A stretch of 64,000 nt of DNA, taken from assembly GCF_001447785.1 (NCBI RefSeq), contig NW_015167536.1, forward strand, positions 372,001 to 436,000. The letters are read 5' to 3'. How positions within the stretch are numbered: the first letter of the stretch is position 1; the number at the start of each line of letters is the position of its first letter. The DNA comes from Gekko japonicus (lineage: Eukaryota). Below, in pieces: positions 33,606 to 44,800 of the stretch. Under the pieces are notes generated by a model. It was not told where the DNA came from. It made no database searches and worked only from the letters and a program-made list of their open reading frames with translations. The position numbers and the translations under genes were made by a program.

Positions 33606-33659
33606 TTTATTGAACAAGGGGACTTTTTCACAGATAACACTAAAACTCTTTTTTTTATT
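33606..33659 (-). terminator. HoxC4 polyadenylation signals (two AATAAA)
   Basis: Plus-strand TTTATT at 33606-33611 and 33654-33659, with GU/U-rich sequence downstream on the minus strand; ~0.8 kb after the stop codon. Confidence 0.65.
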
Positions 33660-34462
33660 GCAAGTTTACAATGATCATGTAAAATCAGTCCAAAAAACAC
33701 AAGAACCACGACGAAAAAAAACCAATAAAAATCTAGCTATTGACTTTTTTCCCTTGCAACTTTCTCCTTCACATTTTCCCTTCCTCTCTCTCTTTTTGCT
33801 GCTCACATTTAAATAAACCTTAAGTTTCTCTGCTACTTCTAGCTCCTGTGCTGTTTGCCCCCCCCTTATTGTTTTGGAAAACCTTGCCCCACATTTATTA
33901 AAAAAGAAAGAAAAGAAAGAAAGAAAGAAAAAGGGCCCATTCCCCTTTTTTGTTTTGTTCTCCATTTGTAAACGCACAGGGCAAAATAGCTACATTCTTT
34001 CCTTGCCTGTGTAATTATTAGCATATGCCCCGAATATTCATCTAAAACAGAACATTTAAGCTTTCCCCCCAACACAACACCCACGCACACTCACACATAC
34101 ACACATGTCCATTCCATCCCTCCTCTCCTTCCCTTTAAAAAATAAATAAGACCCTGAAAATGGCGGTTTTTAAAAAAAAGAAAATACCAGCAGGTACTTC
34201 ACCTGGCCTCTCATGCTAAGAATACATGCACCGTAAGCCTGAGATCTTGAAGAAGACCTCCTTCTTTTGTGTGTGTTCCCCCCCCCCCTCTTTTTTAATA
34301 TATATACGCACGGGAGGAAAAAACCCTACGAGGAAAAAAAAAGAACCAAAATATATAGATATATATTAGATTCTATAAATAATCAGAGTCAATTTTTGTC
34401 GGGGGTTGGTTGGTTGGTTGGTTTCTGGTTTGTTTGTTTCTCTGTTTTTGTTTCTGTTTTGT

Positions 34463-34824
34463 TTATAACCTCGTAATATCCTCTGCTCGTTGGTCCTGAG
34501 ATGAGCTTTGCGAGTGCTCTTCGCTGGCCCCCGGGTTGGAAGAAGCAGCCGCCGCGGCCATGGAGCCGGTGGAAGAATTGCTCGGCGCCGTCGACCGCAC
34601 TTTGGTATTGGGCAGCCGGTGGTCTTTTTTCCATTTCATCCGCCGGTTCTGAAACCAGATCTTGATCTGTCTCTCCGAGAGACACAAGGAATGGGCGATC
34701 TCGATGCGCCTCCGCCTCGTCAGGTATCTGTTATAGTGGAACTCTTTCTCTAATTCCAAGACCTGCTGTCTGGTGTAGGCAGTCCTGGATCGCTTGGGCT
34801 CGCCTCCATTGTAATTGGGGTTCA
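34463..34824 (-). CDS. HOXC4: Homeobox protein Hox-C4, exon 2 (homeodomain)
   Basis: Acceptor ttcccctccccag|TG. Encodes [77 protein letters not shown]...QRAEDITRL*. The C-terminus is diagnostic of HoxC4. Confidence 0.98.
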
Positions 34825-35192
34825 CTGGGGAGGGGAAGAAAAACACACAGACCCCAGAGATTCGCATGAATACAGGCAAGCCGGAGAAAGAGGCGAGGCG
34901 AGGCAGAGACCCCGAGCCCGAGAGATGCACGCCGAGAGAAAGAGAGCTCTCCAGTGGCTCAAGGGAAACGGGGAGAGCGAGCCGGAGAGGGGAGGAAGGA
35001 GAAAAGAGAGAGAGAGAGAAGTCATCAGCTAAATGGGTTATAAAGAACCCGAGACTTTCTCTTCTAATAAGAAGGGGTTTCCCTGGCTTGGAAAGATCCT
35101 GAATTATTTATGCACCCCTCGCAAAGCCTTCGGAGTTTCACACATACATAACAGAGAGCGAACCACATGGCTGGGGCTGCCCAGACTAGCTC

Positions 35193-35252
35193 GGCTATAA
35201 AATTTATGGTGGGTGTAATTACCCACTCGGAGTCGTAAATCCCGCTCAATTG
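35193..35252 (-). promoter_or_regulatory. HB-1-type conserved Hox4 intron element (homeodomain/Cdx sites)
   Basis: Minus strand ATTTACGAC...GGTAATTACACCCACCATAAATTTTATAGCC within the 657-bp HoxC4 intron (34825-35481). Confidence 0.75.
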
Positions 35253-35481
35253 TGCTAACCCGGGAGCCTCTCGTTGAAGGCAAAGGAGGAGAGACGGGGG
35301 GAAAAAAGGGAGCGAGCGAGGGAGTGTGTGAGTGAGAAGGAGCGAGCGAGGGAGCGAGTGTGGTGTGCGAGAGAGCTGGGGAGCATGGGTGCTGCTTGGG
35401 GGGGGAAGGGGGGGAAGGGAGCGGAGAAAGAGACCCGCGAGGGGAGAGCGAGAGCGAGAGAAGGGGGGAAAAGTTGCCTAC

Positions 35482-35953
35482 CCGTACTGACGTGGATTTT
35501 TTTCATCCAGGGGTAGACTATGGGCTGCTTGGTGGCCGTGCCGCTGGGATGCTCGGGGGTTTGCTGGTTGCACGCCGGCGGGGCCGGGGCCGGGGAGGCG
35601 GCCGCGCTGGAGAGAGCCGTTTGGTCACAGAGCTGCGGGGGTTTCTCGGGGAGGTGGTGGCCTCCGGGCGGCGGTCCATGGCCCCTCTGGTGCGCCGGGG
35701 GGTTGCCGGGACCTTGGAGGCTGGCGCAGCTGTACTGGCGCTCGGGGTAGCTGGGTCGCGGTGGCGGAGGAGGAGGAGGAGGAGGTGGCGGAGGGTACAG
35801 GTCCTGGTGGTGATGCTGGAAACTGGACTCCCTGGTCCGGCTGTAATATTCCGGACTGTGNNNNNNNNNNNNNNNNNNNNNNNNNNNNNNNNNNNNNNNN
35901 NNNNNNNNNNNNNNNNNNNNNNNNNNNNNNNNNNNNNNNNNNNNNNNNNNNNN
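35482..35953 (-). CDS. HOXC4: Homeobox protein Hox-C4, exon 1 (start codon inside N gap; position inferred)
   Basis: HSPEYYSRTRESSFQHHHQDLY(P12)RPSYPERQYSC...KQPIVYPWMKKIHVST, then donor G|gtaggc. ATG inferred at ~35953 by assuming 31 residues before HSPEYY, as in mammalian HOXC4. Confidence 0.93.
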
Positions 35954-36016
35954 NNNNNNNNNNNNNNNNNNNNNNNNNNNNNNNNNNNNNNNNNNNNNNN
36001 NNNNNNNNNNNNNNNN

Positions 36017-36082
36017 TACTAGCTGGCGACCCCGTAAAGTTAGTTTCACCATGTGACTCGGTGCGCCAATCACGCCCGCCGA
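36017..36082 (-). promoter_or_regulatory. HoxC4 proximal promoter/5' UTR (CCAAT box plus E-box)
   Basis: Minus strand GTGATTGGCGCACCGAGTCACATGGTGAAACTAACTTTACGGGGTCGCCAGCTAGTA, the conserved Hox4 promoter layout. Confidence 0.75.
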
Positions 36083-36752
36083 GCGAGTCCCCGGATAAGG
36101 AACCAAAAGCTTATTCAAAATGTATCCAATTTGTGTGTGTGTGAGAGAGAGAGCGAGAGAGAGCGCACGGGTGTGGGGGGGCAGAGAGAGGGAGGGAGAG
36201 AGGGAAGATGTGTGTATGTGTGTCCTGATTGTTGTTTGTGAGAACCCTTGGAAGTGGGAGCCAAAGAGCTGGGGGGAAGGGAAGGAGAGCAAGATCCTTT
36301 CTCCCCCCCCCCCTTTGATCAAAAGCACACAACAGAGCATCGTGCAAGGACACCAGAGGCAGTGGGGAGAACCAGAGGCAGGATGAGCCTCCCCGCCCCC
36401 ACCCCCTTCCAGGTACACAGGAACTCCTCTGGTATAGAGAGACCCAAGAGTTAACTGATCCCTGCTCAGGAAGATCATTGGACGCCACAGAGGAGGAAGC
36501 AGAGGTGTTTTTTTTAAATACACATTTCTGCTTGTTTCACCTTAAAGAAAAGCTGGTGGGGAAGAAAGATGCTTCCCCCCCTTCCTCCCCCACACAGGGC
36601 AGGATTAGTAGTACTGTCTGCAGAACACACAACACCCACCCCCACACACACACACTAGAAGAGAGTTCAATATTTGTGATGCAGTGGCTTCTAGGAGGGG
36701 AGACAAAGGAGACAGGTTACCTGGGAGGAGGGAAGGAGGGAGGGAAGGGGAT

Positions 36753-36773
36753 ATGCAAATCACCTTGGCGTCA
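36753..36773. promoter_or_regulatory. Octamer plus CRE-like motif upstream of HoxC4
   Basis: ATGCAAAT (36753-60) and TGGCGTCA (36766-73). A minus-strand donor-like CAG|GTAACC lies at ~36720. Confidence 0.4.
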
Positions 36774-38030
36774 TTTGGAGTTCTCTGCGAAAAAGCTCAT
36801 CAGCCTTTGCTTAAGGGCGAGCTGATTTGGTAGAGAGGAGCTGGTATAGTTGTGAATGAAAGCAAGACAACTCCTTACCCGGACAGATGGCAGGATCCCC
36901 ATCCTCCCTCCCTGTTCACCATTTGGGATGGGGGGTTATTGAGAAGAAAGGTGAGCATGTGAGTGAAACTGGGAGATGAGCCATTAAAAAAAAAGATCTG
37001 CTAGGTTTCAGTAGCTGGAAGTTCCTGCTGTCCTTTAGCCAGGCAGAGAAAAACCACACGCAGGTGCCCAGTCCTGTTTGAAGGTAGAGAGGGAAGGAAG
37101 ACGGTCCCCCTACAACCACCACTTCCCTAGGAGAGGCAGATCTGACCCCCCCCCACTCTCCCTGGCAACCACAGATTCTTGGAGAGGTATGTTAAAAATG
37201 CATTCCAGAGCATCTGACTTCCTGGTGGAATCAGGGGTGGTGGGCAGAAGAAATGCCAGGGCAAAGTAAAATAATAATAAATAATAAAAATAATAATAAT
37301 AATCCCCCAACCACCATGTGCCAGGATAAACAGACCCCTGGGTAAGTTAAGGAAGCTGAGCTACGAGGCAAACCTTTTAAAAGAGCGCCGGGATGGCAAG
37401 TTGCAGGGGCTTTTTTTATCTATCGCTTACATTAAGGAGATGGGGCACTGGGAGTCGGATTAATCCCTCGTACGGCTTGATAACAATTATAGTTGAAAAT
37501 CATAGCTTGCAGGGCATTGCCATATTTTACTTGATAACAATAAAAGTGACACATAAAGTTAACTGTTTATGTTTTATTTATTAGACTAAATGTGCCAGCG
37601 GTGTCGGAGGCTCTGGGCTGGTTGTAACAGTTTTTATGGGGCTGTAAAACGCCATAAATCAGTCACTTGGAATGGTTAGGTCTCTCTCGCTCGCTCGCTC
37701 TCCCTCTCCTTCCTCCTCTCTGGCAAAGGCTTGTGTGAGCTTGCGTTTGCGGTTGCTCCTCTTCCTTCTTTCCAAGAAAAGTCATAATTATGATTTTTTT
37801 TTAATGATCAGGAGGAGCACCCTCTGCCTCCCCCCTTTAAAAAACCCAACTCCTTAGTCTAAGGTGGAACAGAGTGGATCTGTCCTGCTTTTTAAGACTT
37901 TTTTTAATTCAAAAGAAAACAACACATAACACCCCCCAGCTCAGATATTTGTAACTTTAATTACAACATCTGCAACTAAGGGGGGGGGGGTGAAAGAGAG
38001 CGGGAGGCTAGCAAGGCTCTGGCGTCATCC

Positions 38031-38100
38031 ATATACTCCCCTAGAGACGAATCTGTGATTGAGGCGGGCACACAAATTCGATTCTACAGGGTATATATAG
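38031..38100 (-). ncRNA. mir-10c: microRNA miR-10 family precursor (miR-10c by position in HoxC)
   Basis: Mature 5p UACCCUGUAGAAUCGAAUUUGUG at 38093-38071 and star arm ACAGAUUCGUCUCUAGGGGAGU at 38056-38035. The arms are complementary, and the locus lies between Hox5 and Hox4 on the Hox strand. Confidence 0.95.
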
Positions 38101-41100
38101 ACGACTGGAGAATCTGGCTTTTGTGGAGCCGAGAGGAGGGGAATAGCCCTTCCCCCCTCCCCAAAGTGATGTCCTCCAGATTCCCCACCCCCAACCCGAG
38201 GATGTTCTGGAAGGGGAGGGGGATTCTCTTTTTAAAAAAAGTCGTCCAGCCAGTTCAGCTCTTTCCAGGGAGGGCACGCTTTGCATATTTCTGATTGGAC
38301 CCAGTCTTTCCTGTTTGGGAACTGGGCCATGGAAGACAACCTCCCTTTCGAAAGGATGGGCTTGGCGTGTGTTCCTCCTATTGGCCTTTTTGTTGAAGGC
38401 TGGATTACCCCCTGCTAAATTCTTGGCTAACTTTACACCTTGCTCCCTCATTGGGGGAGGGGGGTGTTCTCAATCTCGCATTCTAAGGCAATAAGGTTGG
38501 GATCTATCGGCCCAGCCAGCTCGCTACTGATCGATCGATCGATCCAAGAGGAGGGAAAGAATGAGGAGGAGGGGCTCAGCCCAACAAGAACAGAAATTAT
38601 CTCATAGCCCAGACGTAGGTGGGAAGTGAGATCCCCCCGCCCCTCCCACTTCATAACTTCTGCTTGCAGTAGCTGCACACCTCTCTCTCCCAGTTCAACT
38701 CATTTTACAGGGTTTTTTTCCTTTTCGTCATTTCGCACGTGTTAATGAAGCAGTTTTATTGAATGAAGCAGCTTCCTTTTGCAGTTTCGTCTTAAAAAGC
38801 AATGCTATTAACATATCCATCCATATTTAAGCACATGTCTCATTGTTTCTAATGGGGGAGAGAGAGAGTTTGCAATTGCCACTACTGTTACTGCCTCCGC
38901 TGAGATTACCCTTGCTGCTGCTGTGACTACTACAGCTATTGCTACTACGGCTCCTGCGATCTGGCCCATTTGTAGCTGTTTTTATGGAGATGTAAAATGC
39001 CATGAATCAGTCATTAGCCTGGAACGGTTAAGTCTTCCCCTCCCCCGCCCCCACTCTCACTGAACTAGCTTTCTCAAAGTGTGTTTATGCTTGAGTTGGA
39101 AGCCCCCCCCCCCTTCTACAACGAATTGTGGGGTTAGGATCAGCAGCACCTTCTCCAACGCTGTAACTGCTTCCTACTTGTATAGCGCTTTTTCTCGCTT
39201 GCTTAAAGAGCTCAGAAATCTCATCATCCCAGCTGGGCACACGCTACACCCTTCCCCTCCCCCCAGTCTTCCCCATAAGATGTCCTAGCACGATTTTCCT
39301 CCACATGCCGATCTGTGGAATTGGGCTGTGACCCGTCAAAGTTCAAAGTGAAACAAATGCTGTTCCTCTTTAAGGTGCCACTGGACTTCTGTTTTATTTT
39401 AGAAGTGCTTGACCATACATGGATTGAGACCATTTGCAGAAGGAAGGAAGGAAGGAAGGAAGGAAGTTCCTAATGTGTCCTACATAAATCCAAGTAGGAC
39501 TACTTTTGTGAAGGTATGGTCAGAACAGCACTGTAAAACTGAACAATCAGTTGCTGTTGCATAACAATTCCTGGTTTATGAGAGCAATCCTGATAAATAT
39601 TTAGCAATCATTTGTCTACAAGCTGACTACTACTACTACTATTATCATCGTCGTTGTCATCATCATCATGACCATGGAAGGGAATACAGCTTTGTCATCC
39701 TGGAACCCAATTCCTTGGAAGTTGCCCTACTGTCAGTCTCCAGTAACACACATTTACTTCAAAGCCTTTCTCACAAAACTCTGTGAAATTAACTTCTGGT
39801 AAATGTGCATAAGATCAGACTATGGGATGCCAACAGAGACCGAACATGTGCACATTTACTCGAAAGCAAGCACTTCCGAATACAATGTGCCTTACTCCCA
39901 AATAGGAGCATAAAAGGATTGCTTCTTGAACCATGCTCACCCCGTTTGTGTCTGTATTAACACACAGGCTACCCCAAAGGGGTTGAAAATAACCACTTCC
40001 TTGTTAATTTCAATTAAGTCCCATTTTAATGACCCCTTTGGTTTTATTTTTTCTAAAAATATATATCTAAAGCTTTGTTTTTGAAAGTTTAATTTCCATC
40101 AAAAGATCTTTTTTCAAAAAAAAGTCTGGCGTCCTTGAGTGTTTGGAAGGATTTCCTTTTATTGTCTGTATCAAAGAAGGCTCCAAGGACGTGTGAAAAA
40201 AAATTAGGGGGCAGAAATCTCTTTTGTCTCTAAAGCGTCCCTCCTGCCTCTGTCACACTGGCCTCAGTTTCTCCCAACCAGCAGAACAATGTCAGAAAAA
40301 AGGGGGAAAGAAGAATTTGTGTTTGTTGTTGTTGTTGTTTTGTTTCCCTCCTAAGTGACATCAGCAAAGAGAAATATAACACTTCGATCAAATATATTTT
40401 CTGGCCTTTATTTCCTATCCTAGCCAGGAATCCGGTTGCAACCGTGTATATCTATCTGGTTACCATTTTCAGGACCATTTCAGAGTACAAAGCGCCTCCT
40501 TGACAGTACTGAAGAAAAATAAGCGCTCATTGTCCCTGCGGATTCATTGTGAAAGCTATTACCATACTGACCGCTTGGTAACCTACACCTCTAGCCATTT
40601 GCAATCTGTGCATCTTGGTGGAAAAAAAAGAAGTACCTATTCACCGAGGCTTTGCTATTTCAGGGTTTAGGAATCATCATAGTTATAATACTAATAATAA
40701 TGATTATGCAACCTTCCCCACCCCTTTGCCATGTGAACTGTTTCCTAGTTAAGGTTACACACAACCACCCAACAAGGAGAGGAGAAAGGGGGACACACAC
40801 ACAAAACAATCTGTCCTTAATAGCTGAAATACAGGGGCGCCATGTAGGGAGGGCAACCCCCCTCCAGTATTTCAGACCACACGTGATTAGTCCTCAGAAC
40901 TTAGTACCAATACCTTTGACTATTTTTTAAAAAATCAATATATATATATATACAATATACATATATACAATATATATATATACAATATAATGGGGAAGGT
41001 ATTTAATCTTGAATGTATCCAAGAGGAGGACTTTGAACCTTGCAGTGAATCTTGAGCACTTTGAAGGATCTCCTATCCCTCAAATCGTGCTAAAATTTTA

Positions 41101-41237
41101 CCCATTGACTTCAGTGGTTGGATTATATACTTTCTCTGTAAAGATGGCTATAAGTTAACTGAGGAATGGGGGGGGCGGGGGAAAGACAGCTATTTCCCCT
41201 ACAAATAGCAATGCTAATATCATTATACAGATAACAA

Positions 41238-41239
41238 TT

Positions 41240-41294
<55 letters not shown>
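41238..41294. repeat. (TTTC)n microsatellite
   Basis: Direct reading. Confidence 0.97.
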
Positions 41295-41800
41295 AATTTG
41301 TAAGCACCGAGGGCCACCAAAACGTTCTCCCCCCCCCCATTTCTCCCCTTCCTAGTCCTCCACCATGCAAAAGACAGGTCTAATCTATGCAAAGAAATAT
41401 GCAAATGTTTAATTGATTTTTCCTTAAATCTGTTGTCACTAAAAGTAATGAGTCGGCGCAAAACGATTTGAATAACCAAAGCATGTCACCAGAAGTAAGA
41501 CACACACACACACACACACACGCACAAGACACACAGGAACAACACATTTTTCTTTTTTAGCCTCTCCAGAAGCTGAAGTCGTGTAAATATTTATCCCACC
41601 GTTTTAAAGCACCGAAGACTAATTCTTCCTGTTTGTTAAAGAAGGAAACATATATATGCAAACAATTTTCTCTTCCTCTTCGAAGGGTCCCCCCCCAGGC
41701 CGCGTTTACCCCCCCCCCTCCCAGGAATTCAATTTTCTTCAAATCTCGTTGAAAGTGGCTTTTTAAAAAGTGGGCGCATTTTAATATTGCTTAGACGGCG

Positions 41801-41817
41801 TGCCCTGAATTTCACCT
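41801..41817 (-). promoter_or_regulatory. Hox4-type 5' DR5 retinoic acid response element
   Basis: Minus strand AGGTGA-AATTC-AGGGCA upstream of miR-10c/HoxC4. Matches the AGGTGA-n5-AGGTCA RARE class 5' of paralog-4 genes with one substitution. Confidence 0.7.
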
Positions 41818-44800
41818 CAACTGTTTGACTTGATCCAATAGGTCACTGCCAAGGAGTTATTGATGGGGAACCTCCATTGATATTTGTCTCCTCGCAAATG
41901 GCCTTTAGATCTTCTAGCGAGTTCAATAACTAGTTATAATGTAGAAGGGAAAAAATGAAGCCTAAAGGCAAACGAATATGATGTTTCATTTTTATGCTGG
42001 AGAAATTGTTGTTGTTGTTGCCCCCCCTTTCCTGCTTCCCCCCTTTCCTTACCCCCAATCCCACCTTTTTCACCCCCTCAGAACAAACAAATGGGGGGGT
42101 GGAATCTGGTTTGGGTGAAAGAGTTCCCCCGCTCGCCCCCTCCTCTCTCCCCCCCCCCTTTCTCCTGAAGTCACCGCTTTGAATCCATATTGCAAATCTC
42201 CTCCATTTATTTATTTATTTGAGGACTAATCGAGGGACCTCAGTTCATGAACTCTTCAAGACTGATCTAGTCGGGCGTCCAAACAATGATTTTCAGCTGG
42301 GTAGGAATCACGTTGGCTTTACCCTTTTTTTAAAGAAAAGTTATATATATATATCTTTAACTATCAATAGATTGAATACAGCTCTAGTGCTTGATCTGGG
42401 AAGGATGGGGATTGAGTTAAGAGGGCACGGTGGTCTCCCGTCTTTCGCAGATACCACGGAGGTCTGAATTCTTTTTTATTCTTTTTTTTTAAAAGATGAG
42501 CAAAGCATCCAACTCTATTAAAATGCTAATTTGAATGCAAATATTGGGGAGAGGGAATTGAAAGGAAACAAAGAAAACATCCGTTTTCTTTTACTTTCCT
42601 GTGGGTCTGTTTGCATCACTGCCTATACTTAAACTCCCTTTCCTTCTAGTTATTGTATATGTTATATTTTAAACCTTTATTTCTGGGTTCCCTCATATTT
42701 GGATCTGGTGGTTGGTCCCCTAGTCATTGGAGATTGAAAATTTGGGAAGACTCTGTCTTTGAGAAAGTGCTTTTCCAGATATAGCTTTCAAAACCTGCTG
42801 CAGAGAGAGAAGAGGGGGGGGCAACTTCCCCAACCCCCACCTTATATATAGAAGGAATTAGTTGCAAAAACAGCAGCACAGCTTCAGAGGAAAACAGTGT
42901 CTTGGGGCAAGGAAAGATTCGGGGGGGAAATGAGAGGAAAAGAATGTAAAAGGAAATGAAAGAAGGAATAGATAGCTTTCTTAGCTGTCCACTACAACGT
43001 CCATCGAGAAGTTGTTCTAACATGGACTGGAAAGATATGCATATTTTAGAGTGCTTTGAGCAGTCCTCAAGAAAAGTCCTTTGGACTTAGGATGCCTCCT
43101 TCCTAGCCCAGTAGCAACATCCATGGGGGTGGAGGTGGGAGACGAGGACATGAGGTTAGGGGGTCTATGAATTGTCTCTGCATCTTGTTCATTTGTTGAT
43201 TAAAGAAAATATTGGGGGTGTGAGAGAGTAGCCAATGCAATGTTGGTTCAAAACAGCCAGGGGGGGGGGGGGGAGACAGGACTTTGATGATACTGGTAGA
43301 GCAACGCAAGTAGTAGTATAACGTTTCATGTTATTAGTGACGTTGAGAAACGGAAGTGTATTTCTGTGTCTTGCGGCTGATTCCCAAGACTGAGTCACAC
43401 GTGCAGAAACATCCCGTCCTGCATGTGCCTCCCTAAGAAAAAACTGCTGTATTGTTAGACATGCTCGCTGGTTGACGACTTTTGTCTGGGACGTTTGGTT
43501 TGTTCAAGTCACCTCTTGATGTTGGGGTGCTTCAGAGATGAACAGGGAAGTAGGGACACGCCAGGATTTACATGCCAACTACCTCCAAGGCAACTTTTTA
43601 GCATCTCCCCTCCCCCATTCTGACCTAACTTGGTTCCAAAACGATATCTGATTCTCCTTCAACGGCCTGGCTTATTTCGTGAGTTCTATCGATTCAAGAG
43701 GTCTCCATAGTTGTGTAGAACTCATCCACTAAACAGTGTGCCCCCGAAATAACAGGGAAACCCCAAGTTAAATGGCACAGGCTGCTACGTTCTACAGAGG
43801 AGTGTGATGTCGGTGGCCACTGCAGCGCTATCCTATGTAGAGTTAGCCCAGACTAAGGCCACTGAAACCAACGGGCTTGGAGTGGGCGTAGCTCTGCCTA
43901 GGGTTGCACTGTGGAGATGTGAGCCTGGAGAGACCAGTCTTTTATGTTCTCCGTCTTCCATTTTGAAGCCAACGAATCTGCCCAACTATCAATATCCTCT
44001 GTCAGTTTCACCATCACAGTGGAAGGCGAATTGGGGAAGGGAATCACGCGGGAGGAGGGGACAATGGGCGTGGTTCTGCTGCCACCGAAATCACCCTTCG
44101 AGCTTGATGCCCTTTGGAATCAGGTGTACGGAAACACGTGCACTCGAAGCCCCTGAAGAGATCGCTTTTTAAACATTTGCAAAGAACTGTTCTTTTGGGT
44201 GACGCTTTCTGTTTAACCCCTTCTCCTATGGATATGTACAAAAAAAAAAGGACACTGTTTTCAAGGATTTTATTTAGGCGTTTCCCAGAACGTCTATGTG
44301 TACCTATAACATCTGTAAACATTCGCCTATATACGGAATATATCCTCGAACTCTACGAGTATTTTGAGCACTTAATCTGGCTCTCTCTCAGGCACATACA
44401 TATATCTGTGTAAATAAACACTGTTAGATACTGACAAGCCAACAGAATGGGGGGGGGGGGCAGAAATGTGCCTAGATGTGCTTCTTCCAACCCACCCCCA
44501 CCCCAAACACTATATGTCAGATTTTATTGGCTGTATTTAGTTATTCTCATTACTTCTATGGACAGTGGGGGCGGGGCGGTGGAACTGAATGATTTGTGAA
44601 CGCAGCGCCCAGCGTTTTTTAAGGAGCTCCATTCATGTATTGGTGAAGGAGTCCGTTCTACGGAGATCTACCCAAACGGCGAGGTCTTTGGAGGATCTGT
44701 AAGAAGAAGGTGTCCTTGGGCAAGGGGGAGAGCCGGTTGGGTTACCGAAAGATCACTCCCGCATTCTTCTTAGTCCCATAACCCTTCCTCTGTCTTGTAC

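Noticed and set aside
35255-36523. 422-aa ORF as the HoxC4 protein
   Set aside because: Artefact of reading through the promoter, the N gap and the intron; the true exon 1 is ~35953-35482.
39477-39520. Possible third, reverse copy of the 50-bp dispersed repeat
   Set aside because: Only two 7-mers match, with the wrong spacing.
40429-40475. Similarity to 45756-45810 (aatccggttg...ctatctggt) and 20829-20843
   Set aside because: Only 9-15 bp blocks needing several gaps; expected by chance in a 64-kb self-comparison.
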